A DNA stretch of 64,000 bases from Tubulanus polymorphus (Eukaryota; Animalia; Nemertea), in the NCBI RefSeq assembly GCF_964204645.1, contig NC_134027.1, forward strand, positions 3,318,485-3,382,484, given 5' to 3'. The notes beneath the pieces were generated by a model, which made no database searches, was not told the origin of the DNA, and saw only the letters and a program-made list of their open reading frames with translations. The position numbers and the translations under genes are program-made. Shown piece after piece: positions 1-14,997 of this stretch. Positions within the stretch are counted from its first letter, which is position 1. The number at the start of each line of letters is the position of its first letter.

Positions 1-926
1 TCATCTTCTATTTGCCACGTCAGGTTACTGATGTCGTTTCCCGCATTGATTTCATCCTCTTTTAATTTTCGAATGTTATGTACAAATTTTGAAGGGTTAA
101 TCGTTATCGTTTTTCTTGCATCCGTTTCTTTTGATAAATGCATTATGGGTAAAGGTCGACCATATTTGCTGACTACCCAATCCTAGAAAATAGTTCACAA
201 CGCATGAGATATATACCCGGTATATACATATAATTGAGATGTCTACAGTGAATTATCATTTTGAAATTTACATACCTTTTCCCCAGGAACTGAGTCACCC
301 GGTTTAGCTTTAGGTATAAACTCGGGCGGTGGAGGTTTCGAAGCAGAACTATCAGTTTTATTGCGCTGCTCACGTTCCCTTCTTAATCTAAATCCATTCA
401 TAAAATGAAGTACATTTTTAATGATTCCGTGTGCATTTTCTTCGAAAACGAACATAACAGAAACAATTAAACTCTTTTTACCTGTCGAGAAAACTCTCTT
501 TAGCCAATTCGACTGTAATTTGTGCACCATTCCATTTTGTTTTGTTGAAGGTTTGGATACCTAAATTTACAAGTCAAAACCCATCATTATTAATCAACTA
601 TCACTTTAAGAAAACTATTAAAAACTAAATTTCCCAACTTACATCTCTGAATACGATTTTCTTCGCCTTCAATATTCAAATGCGCAAAAGCATTAGTCAC
701 ATTACCTGAAAAATAAAAATGAAACATAACTTCTGGTTGTTCATGACACTTATTTTCATGATGCAGAGATTTTTAGATAAAATGCCTTCGTACCTTCCTC
801 ATCACGCCGGAGTTTTATTTCAACCGCAGTCACATCGCCGAACTGTTTGAATCTATCGGCTAAAGCATCGTCAGTGATATCAGAAAACAAACCACCGATG
901 AACAAACGTTTCTTTTGAAATACCAT
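1..926 (-). CDS. NOL8: Nucleolar protein 8 (N-terminal RRM), multi-exon, 3' end runs off the window
   Basis: Hand-spliced: ATG at 926, MVFQKKRLFIGGLFSDITDDALADRFKQFGDVTAVEIKLRRDEEG / ...AFAHLNIE... / IQTFNKTKWNGAQITVELAKESFLDR; this is the NOL8-type RRM with the 'ELAKESFL' signature; GT-AG introns. Confidence 0.85.
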
Positions 927-1851
927 AGTTCAACACGAGAATCAATTCATCTGTCTGAAATAAACGTGTAGAAATAAACGTGAGAAACGTGTAGTAGGTA
1001 GCAATAAAATTCTTATCGAATTGACTTAAATATACTGAATGTTTTGATATTGGCAACTAATGAGAATCGACAGTAACAACAAATAGAGAATCGAGATACT
1101 TCAAACAATTATCAGAGAGGGGATTCCTTTTGATACTTACAAAATATGAGCATCAGTTTTATTTTAGTGAACCAAACCACGTTTTGAGCAATGAATTCAA
1201 TACAATTCAACTGAAACGCTACTGTGGCAATTGTGTTTTGAAATAAAACACGGAAACGGAATGGGACTCTATTTTTGAGGCCAAAGCCGTCGATTACGGA
1301 CGACGATTGATGTCACATGATCAAAATATGGCGAATTCCTTTTAACTTGAAAGTGAAAGTTTAGCGAATACGGTAATCGTTGAAACGTGCGTTACTCCGT
1401 TATTCAGGTAACTTAATGTGGAACTTAACAGTTTAATTAACTCCTTGAAATCTGACTGGGACACAGAGCTGAATTTAAAAATTAAACGGATTCGATGAGT
1501 TGAGTAAAAAACGACAGCCCCTGTCCTCGTCGTCAACTTCAGTCAGTTTCACTTCACTTCACTGAAGTCTTCAGTCTGCCGTGCCGGCGTCATTGTCCAG
1601 TTAAACTTTTAAGTATGCGGTGTCTGTATAGAATGAATGCCTAACCCTTAAGGATACTCACTAGAATTCACATAAAGTTTAAAGATGGCTTTTGACGACG
1701 AGCACGCAACTGACTGAGTACTAGTAGGCCTTATATGTATGCTTATACCATATGGTTAATGAACTTTCGATAATGAACGTTGCCAACAAGGATATGTTCA
1801 TTTTTTCTACGTTTTAACTTCAGTTTCATTTTTTCTAAGTTCAGTAAGAAG

Positions 1852-4800
1852 ATGTCTGCTTTAAGCCCAGCTGATCCCAATTCATTTGCACTTCCTGAAC
1901 AATGGCAAACGAAGAAAATCCACCTTGATTTGGCAGTTGATTTTACCTCTGAAACACTCGATGGACGAGCGGATTTTGAAATAGAGAAGAATGCTGAGGA
2001 TTCACCCAATATATTGGTAAGTATCCAAGAAAATTGTTCTTAATTTCACTGAGACATTACTGAATATGGAGAAATTTTTTTCTTATTAAGACATTAGATA
2101 CACATGATTTGAGTATTGTGAAGGTGTCAGATAAGAGCTCTGGTGAACAACTAAAGTTTACTGTCGGTGATCCAGTTCTGTGTTTTGGTTCTAAACTTGA
2201 AATTCATCTACCAGCTGGTGTTGGTAAAAAGTAAGATCTTGTATGTTAGCTTATATCATATACAGATACGAAATATCAGGTGAGAAGGTTAATCATATAT
2301 TTAATGAACTGTTTTTAAGAATGACTGTGTCAGTGCATTACAAAACTTCTCCGCAAAGTACAGCCCTGCAGTGGTTAAAAGCTGAACAGACAGCTGGAAA
2401 AAAACACCCATATCTGTTCAGTCAATGTCAGGTAAATATATAGTATGCCTACATTGATCAGTGATAATGATAATGATCTAGTTAAAAGATGATAGAGTTT
2501 ATCATCAGTGATTGCTTATAATTTTAGGCAATACACGCTAGAAGTTTATTACCGTGCCAGGATACTCCAGCGATCAAAACATCCTACACAGCATCTGTAA
2601 GTGAGAAATCTATATCATGTCAAATAAATCGACTTGATAAAACTATAAGATATTTGAATCTAATATTGATACAGGTTATCATTACTTAGGCAATGTTTGT
2701 ATTTCAGATATCTGCACCAGTGGATTTAGAAGTGTTAATGAGCGCTGTCAAACAGTCAACTAGTCAAAATCCAACGGAAGCCACCCACAGAGTCCACACA
2801 TTTCATCAGAAAGTTCCAATTCCTAGCTATTTAATAGCAATTGTTGTTGGAGCAATTGAAAGCAGGTCTGATTTGATATATCACTACGAGAAAGTTATTT
2901 AAAGTTTCATCAGTATTTGTGTCAACATTTATAGAATTTTGACAGGAAAATTGGTCCACGATCTCACGTTTGGTCTGAAAAAGAAATGGTTGACAAAGCA
3001 GCTCATGAATTTGCCGAGGTGAAAAATTTTGTTACCATTCAAAAACAAAACATTATCAACATCTTAGTAAAACATGTGTTGGTACTCATTGGGGAACTAT
3101 TAACGGTTCTTTTGCAGACAGAGCAAATGATACAAACTGCTGAATCAATACTTGGTCCGTACGTTTGGGGAATCTATGACCTTTTAGTGTTACCACCTTC
3201 ATTCCCGTATGGTGGTATGGAGAATCCTTGCTTAACCTTTGTAACACCCACTTTATTGGTATGTATTTGGCGAACAATGATGTTTTTTTTTCTGATTCTG
3301 TTTTTTTTTGTTAACACAACTCAAATTGTTACGTAGGCTGGAGATCGTTCTTTGGCCGATGTTGTCGCTCATGAAATCACTCATAGCTGGACTGGCAACC
3401 TTGTCACCAACAAAACTTCTGAACATTTCTGGTGAGTATCGGTGAAATCATCAAACATTTCAATACCAGGGGTTCTTGAAATAATAATGGTAACAATACC
3501 ATTTTACACATACAGGCTCAATGAAGGACACACAGTGTTTGTTGAACGGAAAATAGCGGGGAAAATGCATAGCGAAAAACATCGGCATTTTTCTGCAGTC
3601 GAAGGCTGGAAAGATTTATCTGAATCTGTAAGTTTGAATTTTCTACATTATGCAGGTTAAATGAAGGGCACACTTCGTTTGTCGAGAGGAAGATAGTTGC
3701 ACGCTTGCGCGGAGAGCCACATCGACATCTGAGCCACATCGAAAGATGGAAGGATCTAATGGCTACAGTGAGATAGATGTGTTTTAGATACATTACCGGT
3801 TACCAGAATACATACCTTAGAAAATGTCCATCGTTTAAAAACTTTATGCCACGATTGAAAATTTCATTTTAGATTGAGCTGCAAGGGGCCACAAATCCAC
3901 TTACAAAACTTGTAACTGATTTGAAAGGTATCGATCCCGACGATGCTTTTTCATGTGTTCCATACGAGAAAGGGTCTTCACTGTTATTCTATCTTGAGCA
4001 AAAACTTGGTGGAGCCGGTTAGTATTATTACTTCTCTATAACAACTAAGGGTACATACAAAAACCTAACTGCAGTTGCGTATTTATGTCTATTTCCAGAG
4101 GTTTTCAATCCATTCCTTAGAGCGTACATTGAGAAGTTTAAGTATAAGAGTTTGGATACTGACGAATGGAAGGAATTCCTGTACAGTTTTTTCCATGATA
4201 AGGTGAAACTTGGATTTATTAAATGTGCTTTTCATGACTGTTAGCTAAATAATACAAAAGCTATAAAGTACCGATTCATTTTTAGGTGTCTGTGTTAGAT
4301 GAAGTAGATTGGAATGCATGGTTCTATCAACCAGGCATGCCTCCTGTAAAGCCAAAGTATGTACAGCCTCAAGCGTATTGAACTTTTCAAGAAGATTTTA
4401 TAAGTGACATTTTCTAATTTTTTTCAGTTTCGACACTTCTTTAGCAGATGTTTGCATTGCTTTATGTGAGAAGTGGAGCAAAGCTAGTGACAATGAATTA
4501 GACCAATTTGCCGCATCAGACATCGAAGGATTTTCATCTAACCAAATCAGAGAATTCCTGTCGTTGTTATTGTTAGAGGTAGAACTTGACAAGTAAAAAA
4601 ACTGATATGTTGAAATCCAACTGATGTTGATTTTTCACTTGAAAATCATCATTTTTCAGGCTCCGTTGTCAAGTATTAAAATGACGGCCTTGAAAGAATT
4701 ATACAAGATACATGAAATGCATAATTCGGAAATTAGATTCAGGTCTGTAATATCCTTATTATTTTTCATGCAAATGATATCTGTTTCTCATGTGCAGTCT

Positions 4801-5150
4801 ATGAAATAAATACCTAGTGTATAGAAATAAATTTCCATTTCAGGTGGCTTAGACTTGCGATAAAAGCCGAGCAAGATTTTGCCATTAAACCAGCATTAGA
4901 ATTTGTAACTGAACAGGGAAGAATGAAATTTACACGGCCATTATACAGGTTGGTATTAATCAGCGCTTTGTTATTACAGATTTCAGAAGTCAATTTAAAT
5001 ACTGGTAATTGATAGCAGTATTCGTTTTACTTCAGGGACTTGTTTAAGTGGAACGGATCTAAGAATGCAGCAGTTAAAAATTTCAACGAACATCGACCTT
5101 CCATGCACAATGTAACAGCTACGCTTATCGCTAAGGATTTACATCTTTAA
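1852..5150 (+). CDS. LTA4H: Leukotriene A4 hydrolase / M1 zinc aminopeptidase, multi-exon
   Basis: [12 protein letters not shown] start; [68 protein letters not shown] (HExxH), [26 protein letters not shown]; stop TAA at 5148-5150. Confidence 0.97.
3516..3627 (+). other. LTA4H: LTA4H alternative exon A (112 nt, zinc-ligand exon)
   Basis: cag acceptor 3513-3515, gtaagt donor at 3628; encodes (W)[37 protein letters not shown]. Confidence 0.9.
3656..3767 (+). other. LTA4H: LTA4H alternative exon B (112 nt, tandem duplicate of exon A)
   Basis: cag acceptor 3653-3655, gtgaga donor at 3768; same length and phase as exon A; open frame (W)[37 protein letters not shown]. Confidence 0.8.
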
Positions 5151-5476
5151 CTTTTTAACACTTCAACAAGAAGTCAAAACTATCAGTCAGCAGAGATGCT
5201 TGTAAACTTATGAGGGAATAAACTGAAGGATCATGAAAATCTATTTGTATTTGTGTCAATTTTTATTTCCAATATGGCAATTTCAAGGCGCAAGTGAGAC
5301 AAAGAAAACCCGATAAGAGTCTCCTCTGTTGGAGTATTTCTAACTAATCCTTCCCATCTCAGAAAGTGAATAAATAACAATACCTCGAGTATCTCAGATT
5401 AATATATTAAATAAAACGTTAATACACAACATTTAATATAAATGCAACGCGTTTTGTCACAAAAAACCTATGAATA

Positions 5477-8400
5477 TTATCGACGTTTCTTCGCACGCGC
5501 TTTTTTCTTTTTAGGATCAGTTTTACTGGTTGCAGTTTGACTGCCGTTGGTTGATGGTGTTTTACGTTTGCTCATCATCTGTTGTTCGATGAGGCCGGCT
5601 AAATGTCCCTGTTCAGCTAACATCGATAGAAACGTGCTGATGAAATGATCGTAATTATGAGTTCGTCGACAATCATCGGCCTAGAAAATATATATTTTAG
5701 ACTGTTTTAACAACCTACGACTTACCGATTAACGACCAAAAAATCTCACAAAAATTTACCTTATATTTTCGTCTCTTATCAACTTCATCCTGAAGTTTGG
5801 ATTCACAAGATGCTATCTCGCTTTCAACATTCTTCAATAAAGCCAACAAATCCTGCAAAGAGATTTTGATCAGATACTGTATAATTCAGAAACTAACAAG
5901 TTATTCAAATAATCATCAAATTTATACCTTAGGAGTAAATCCTTGATGACTGTTAAACTTTTCGCGTGCATCTTCAACAATTTGTCTAGTCGTACTGTCC
6001 AACAAACCTTGAGCTGCCTTCTCAAGGGTTAGTTCTTTATCACTATTAGAATCCATATCGTTAATTTTGCCGTCACATTTTTCCGGGGTACAGCGAAATG
6101 AATTATCTGTTGTTGACGAGGGAGATGTGAGTAAACTTGCCACTTCAGAAGCGGTGTCTGTACTTTCACTTAAAGTAGGTGAAACGATTAAATTGTTGTT
6201 ATATCGAGTATGAATCGCAAGTGGTTTTGTTATATCGGTATTTGCTAAAGTCGCAGGAATTATATGTTCACTGCCATCCTCGACAGAAATTGAAATCTGC
6301 AATCCGTTGTCTACTGATTCCAGTTTATTGCCTTTGATCCGGTCTATATCCATCGTATTTTCCTCAAAGTTTGATTTAGTGGGAGACTTAGAAATATCAT
6401 TCCCGATAGCAGTCTCCAATCTCATTGATTCAGTGTGATCTTTGATAGCCGTTTTGCTGTCATCATTGGATAAATTATCAGTTACCTTCACCATCTAAAG
6501 AGAGAAAAAAATGCAAGATTCATTCGCTTTTCCAGCATAGCTATTAGTATTAGGAGGGGTACGACAACTACTACACCGCAAAGATTTTTGAAAGAAATAT
6601 TTCGACTTTATAGTACTGTGATTTCAATTTAGGATACCAGTAACTGAAACTTATGTGTTTGTTGAGACTACACCCTAAATAAGCTAAAATGGTAGTATAA
6701 ATGCTATATCCTACAGATGCACAGCATGCCGCATCAATAATTTATGTTAGAACTTACGGAGAAGTGTTACAAGACTAATAGAGTATAAGGTTAAGGTCTC
6801 TATTTTGTCATATGAAAGAAATCACAGTCGAAATGTACAACAGGCCCCAAGCCACAAACTTGTCCAGTCCCTTAGCCCTCATTATCACACAAATTAAACA
6901 CAATAGATAGATGATCCTTCGATTCCGAACTGTTATTCGATTAAGATTAGGATGTACATTTAAACTGAAGTGATCTACAATACTTAAGAAATGAGATTTA
7001 GACATGAGATAAACTGATTCTAGAGATAGGTTAAAATGAAATTTTCAAGAAGCATATCAAATTTCCATGGCATTCACATGCACATATAACAATGAATAAT
7101 CTGCATCATACCTTGTTAGTATCCAGACGCTAGCCAAAATGGAAAAACACAGTTAGTTTTAAAGCTGACAAAGACATTCTGAATTCATACACATGACTAG
7201 GCTACATATATTATTCTTGATACGAAATAAACCTCTTGAATATTTTTAAAACTTCACCTCTGCAGTTCCATAATCATAAAATGTTATATCTCGATTATCT
7301 TAAGTTGAGACAAATGAAAATGACACATTTTCTTACCTGCTGGAGAGCTTCAAGAACAATCTGACGATTAGTTTTCAATGTTGTTAGCTTATGTTTCAAT
7401 TGTTGACGTCTATCTGGAACTACTGCCATCAGATTAAATCGGATATCATGATATGGCTCCCTGAAAAAATTAACAGATATGAGTGACATGTTTAGATGAT
7501 TCAATCCAAACTTGAATCTGAAACCAGTGTGATAAATAATTACCCGCCAGTTGCCATACCAAGTCGACCAGAAATGACCTGTCTAAATCGCTCGGTCCAA
7601 TCTTCTCCAACTGGTCCTGAAAATGTATTCAAACTAACGAAATGTACTACCATAAAAATATGAAATGTAAAGAAATAGTTGAAATGCGTTGTTTCAACTA
7701 ACCATGATCAATAGGATATTGTTTAAGACCATCTAATTCATATAAACGGCCATTGACAGGGACGTAGCTGACAAAATGAAATGCATCCATTGTTTTTGTT
7801 GTCGATATACCCTGCTGCTTTTCTTGCAAATTGTGCGGCTCAGGTCTGATGAAAAACAAAACAATAGATCAGAAATTACTATTTCAGTTTAAAATACTCT
7901 ACCAATAATAATTTAAATTCTCCAGACAAAATTTAATATTACCTAGCATGACTGTTATGAGCCCTCGCTAGTTCAGGCAAGTTTCCAATTGCATAACCCT
8001 TATCCTGAAAAAATGAAACAATTGTAGGATTTAGTGAATTTCTGCATGGCTTTTTCTGCGAATTATTCTTAACTGCAGCCTACCTCAGGGCTCATGATTT
8101 GACTGAAGTTTTTAAGCTCTGTTAATGTATCTCCAAGTTTGATCTGATCACAATTCAAAAGAACGCTAACGAGCGCATGAGTCGCACAGGAATTGGGGAT
8201 TACCTAAAAATAAGTTGTTAAAATATCCAAAGCTCAAGTAGCAACATATTTCATACGTATAGACTTAGGCCTGATAGCGGCAATACACACTTGCTGTGCA
8301 AAAAACATGTTGTTGAGGATTTCTTCATCTTTGACAAATGAATCTTCCTTCGTAATGATTTTTCTTCTTGCTCTGCGCTCTTCGATCCATTTGAAGAGAA

Positions 8401-8934
8401 AGATAAATCCATACACTGGACTGAAAATATAAAATCACAGGGGCTAAAATAACGAAATGATGAGCTCATTCGATACGTTTTTCTGGCAAAATACTTACCC
8501 CTCAATCGGCTTTTGCAGATCATATATTTCTTCAACTTGTATACAGTTGACTCCTGTAAATATAATTAGCAGGGAGTATAGACATAGCGGGGAATATAAA
8601 AAACCAAGATAATACCAGGACGAGAACGAAAAATGGCGGGCCCGAAGTCCAAGAAAAATATATCATTTTTCCAAGTTTTTTGAAGATTACTCCAAACTCA
8701 CCAAAGTCTCCGACAAGCAAGGTAAATAACCCTAAAAAGGAAAAATGTAACTGCGTTAAGAAAAATAATAGAAAGTCTGAAAAAAATTCATTTTAATTGA
8801 ATTTGTTTGTTCTTTAAAGATTTTAGTTTTTAAGATTCTGCCTGGCTGGGAAAAATTGCATTGGGCAACGATAATCTCTTACCAGGATCACTTTCTAACT
8901 CCAGCCATCCTCTACCAATAGTTGACTGATTCAT
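5477..8934 (-). CDS. BAP1: Ubiquitin C-terminal hydrolase BAP1 / calypso, multi-exon
   Basis: [35 protein letters not shown] (catalytic Cys), [46 protein letters not shown]-terminal ULD '[21 protein letters not shown]' and a basic NLS-like tail. Confidence 0.96.
7112..7129 (-). other. BAP1: Candidate 18-nt in-frame microexon of BAP1 (RLDTNK)
   Basis: On the minus strand: actaac branch-like motif, pyrimidine tract, tag | CGTCTGGATACTAACAAG | gtatga; phase 0 matches both flanking exons. Confidence 0.6.
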
Positions 8935-9033
8935 CTTACATCTGCCTGGTCATATCTGTTCAGGAGATGCTCTAAATGAAGAGGATCAGGCTAATTTATT
9001 TTTGTTAGGATCGAATTGAAAGTCTATCTTGTG

Positions 9034-9043
9034 GCGCCATCTT
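9034..9043. promoter_or_regulatory. YY1-like motif in the BAP1/SPATA2 divergent promoter
   Basis: GCGCCATCTT matches the YY1 consensus CGCCATNTT; it lies between two divergent ATGs ~490 bp apart. A similar AAATATGGCG is at ~1324-1333. Confidence 0.4.
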
Positions 9044-9426
9044 TTAGTGGTCCGAAACCTACTGCGGCATGCGAATGAACACGACGAGTGTAATGTCCAC
9101 CTTTCGAATTAAAACCTCCCTCTCTCAAAATGGTGTAAACAAAAGGTTAATTGGAACGACAGCTCTTCTGGAGGGTGTCAAATTTATCATTTTGTACGTA
9201 TATATCTAACCATATCGGAAGAATTCACAGACGTCCAACAAATAAAAATTCAAATCCTACAGTTTTATTATTCAATTGCTCCTGGTTTCCTTGAACTATG
9301 ACAAATAAAGCATATCATCACATTATGAGACATCAACATATTTTTTTTCTGTGTGACGTTACGAAATGATAGATTTTGTATATTTTCAGAGAATGTTATT
9401 GTAATTGAAGAACATTTAACCTATCC

Positions 9427-11296
9427 ATGTCCAATATGGGAGGCGGAGAAGAGGAGCTTACTTATGATTTCTTCATCAATGAGTATCGTAGTTGTATGGG
9501 TTTGAGTCAGCTGCACCAGAAAGCCGAATCAAGAATTGAGGCGCATGAAAACTTGTTGCAAATAATAGTCGATTGTGTTTATCAATTTCCGTTCAAAGTA
9601 TTTATCGTCGAATCGATGTTTAAGGATATGTTGAAACAGCCAGATGTTTCTTCTATGAGTTGCAAACATTTGTTCGTGTATGCTGAAAAATATGCCTTGA
9701 ATTTGTTACACCAACCGTGGAAGAATGAAATCAAAATAATAAAAGTAAGTTGGTACTAGAGTATTGTACATCAGGGCCACTTACCAAGGAAAAGTCTGGG
9801 AATTTTCTTTTCTTTAAAAAAGTCATGGAATTGTGTTGAGATTGCTAGATAGCGCAGGGTTGGGTTGACGGTAAACTTTTAAATATAAAGTATTTATATC
9901 GATTAATATCTATTTTCAGCAACATACCGGCGTATTTCAGAACATCTCGTGTTGCAGCGAAATTACGACGTATCTGTATCATCTCGGCTATTCATTCAAT
10001 GACGAGACTAATGAATATAAACTAACGAGGCATGTTGATCGCGAACAGCTCATAGCGTGTGCATTCGATTGTTTTATAGCGTTAGCGAAACTGGAATTCT
10101 TTACCGTGATTTACCGCGAACTGGAACGTTTTGGTTATACTTGGTTTCAGTTAATGATGACGATGGTGGCGGGACATATTCCAGCCAAATTCAGATCAGA
10201 GATGGTCGATTGGATTCACGATAATGTTACTCCAGAAAAAATTGTTAAGGTTAAGCGTCAAAATGCCAATCAGCGCGAGTTGGATGATATAACCGATGAA
10301 GATCTCTACGGATACAGCAGTTCCGAGCCAATTGTTGACGATGTTCTAGAATTTGCCTCAGCCGATGAGCATAGGAATCGTAGCTTCATATCACTAATGG
10401 GGGAAACAAATACAGGAAAACGATTTGATGTTAAGAGTCAGATGCGTCGACCTTCAAATGATTCTATTCTGTCTAAGTTAAGCAGTATAGATTCTGTGCG
10501 TTATGATATTGATCGCATGTTTCCGGAATCAGAACAGGAAAGTGATATGTCTATAGTACTGGATATTAAACAACCACCAATTATCAATGATGAACGATAC
10601 AGTGATTTACTGCATAACGATACGTGCAGTTTGAAAACGGGTCAACTGCTGAACGGCAATCGTAGTGATCGACATTTTAAACATTTGCCACCATCCCACG
10701 CATTGTCTGATTCGGTCGGTAGGGATCGTGAAAAATTAATGTCGAAATATCAAGAAAGTTTAGCCACCCGGGTGATAAATAAAGATTTGAATTTATCGGC
10801 TGAAAATCTGAAAGCCAACAGCCTCACCGATATCAATCAGAAAAAGTATATTTCTGCATCAGGAAATTTACGTCCTGAAAGACGCAATGTTATGTCCGAT
10901 ATTGTGTATGAACAGACACGTGAGGATTTTAAACCTCCTTCGTTTTTGCGCTCACAAAGCCATGATGTTTCACTGTCGATACTGTCTACTCAGAATGAAT
11001 GCCTAAAAGCGCGATCGTCTCTCAGTGCAAAACATACGGAAAATTCATTGTCAGAAAAAAATCTGTTGAAACACGATGATAAAACAATGTGGACGTGTGT
11101 ATTTTGCACAATGAAAAATGAACGATCTACTCAAATGTGTTCAGTTTGTTCAAAGAGTCGTTATAGAGGAGCTGAATGCACGAGATTACGATCTGGTGGT
11201 CGTGAATGTCCATACTGTACGTTTATAAATGATGAAAACAAAAAGATCTGTAAACAGTGTGAAAATGAACTGAGTAAATCATCAACCTATGTGTGA
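9427..11296 (+). CDS. SPATA2/tamozhennic-like protein: PUB domain plus two C-terminal RanBP2-type zinc fingers
   Basis: Exons 9427-9744 and 9920-11296; YALNLLHQPWKNEIKIIKQHTGVF resembles the SPATA2 PUB motif; WTCVFCTMKN..CSVC and ECPYCTFIN..CKQC fingers. Confidence 0.75.
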
Positions 11297-11766
11297 AATA
11301 TCTAAAACTTTTGGTTTTGGGGTATTTTAAAATAAGGCATAAGGCAAACAACAGAGAAGACTTTTTGCCTCTTGTACGATGATCATCCTTATTATTCATT
11401 TCAATTAAAGACAGTATAGGTAATCTTCATTCATTGTGCCAAATGTGTATAAATTCCATTGTTTGATTTGTTCATATAGCTGCTGACTAAGGATTTGTGT
11501 TTATGTTGGTTGCTGTAATCACTTAATCAATTATTGATTTATTTGTTAGTCCCTTACTAGGTGTTTACATATTTGGTTCTGCTATAATAAACATAAACTC
11601 TGCTATACTAAAAAAAAAAGAGTTTGTTTCATACATTTGTGATATTTATTTATATCATTCATATTGATGGATCAGGATATTATCTTCAGAACAATAATAT
11701 GCATCTCAAAAGCAACTTCTTCATTGGGAAAATGTAAACAACAAATACATGCACCAACAATATTTA

Positions 11767-14210
<2,444 letters not shown>

Positions 14211-14368
14211 TGATAAATATTTCAAATAGGGCCTAAAAAATCTAAATTCTGTAAGTCAAGTTTTATTGCGGCAACGACCTTCAGTTCACTGCCCCCGTAA
14301 CCTGGATTAGTGGCAGCACCATACGGTCACCTACTTAATGGAATTTTCGCGCAGATGTCAGTTTCTGA

Positions 14369-14858
14369 TCTTGAACTTGAACTTATATTTATTGCGCCAT
14401 ATATAACATTAATACATAGGATAAGACATGCAATAAATATACAGGACAAAACATTAAAGAATGACATTTAATGAAGAGTACATAATACATGTAGCATAAA
14501 AAAACAACAAAAGCTTATAAAAGAAACTCAATTAGAAAAGCGCCCTCAGTCTCAAAGCCAAGGAATTACTACGAAACGGAGTCGAGTCTTAGCTTAACCA
14601 AATCGCACACAATTGTAGAGATCGTTGTTATTGTAAGACATCAGAAAAGCGAATTTAGTATACCTCGGGCGTCTCTCGTCTTCAGTCTTGTGCTCTTGTT
14701 TGTTTTTTTTGTGTTCTTGTGCTCGTTTTTGTTTGTTTATTTTCTGTGTTCTTTGTATTACACTCTTTATATTTTGTACTGTGTATTGCTTTATTGTAAT
14801 TCTTTTACCGAGGATGTTATGTAACATTAGGAACGGTAAAGTTATTGAATTGAATTGA
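14369..14858. mobile_element. Two outward-pointing non-LTR retrotransposon 3'-end-like fragments
   Basis: Minus-strand T-rich tract ending AATAAATAT(AAGTTC)2AAG at 14369; plus-strand T-rich tract ending TAAAGTT(ATTGA)3 at 14858. Microsatellite tails are typical of CR1/L2-type 3' ends. Confidence 0.4.
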
Positions 14859-14997
14859 TTAAAGATTGCAGGGTTCCACAATCCAAACCCTGGCAAGCGA
14901 GGTATACCAATTTCAGTCCGATTCTCACGTTTTACTGCGCTCCGAGTAAAATATCTTATGTGGAGCATTTCCGCTAGATTCGTTGAGTTTTACCAAA

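Noticed and set aside
3019-3117. 99-nt stop-free in-frame intron in LTA4H (ORF 2986-3336 reads through it)
   Set aside because: It has canonical GT-AG ends and removing it restores the conserved 'EFAE-TEQM' sequence; a stop-free short intron can occur by chance.
11610-11619. A10 run after AATAAA, suggesting a retrocopy tail for the SPATA2-like gene
   Set aside because: The gene retains introns, no TSD is visible, and short A runs are common here.
14958-14960. Upstream ATG as FAM210A start
   Set aside because: It is out of frame with exon 2 after splicing; ATG 14998 is in frame and gives a presequence-like peptide.
14594-14968. 124-aa minus-strand ORF between RNMT and FAM210A
   Set aside because: It arises from a low-complexity T-rich repeat-like tract and shows no recognisable protein features.
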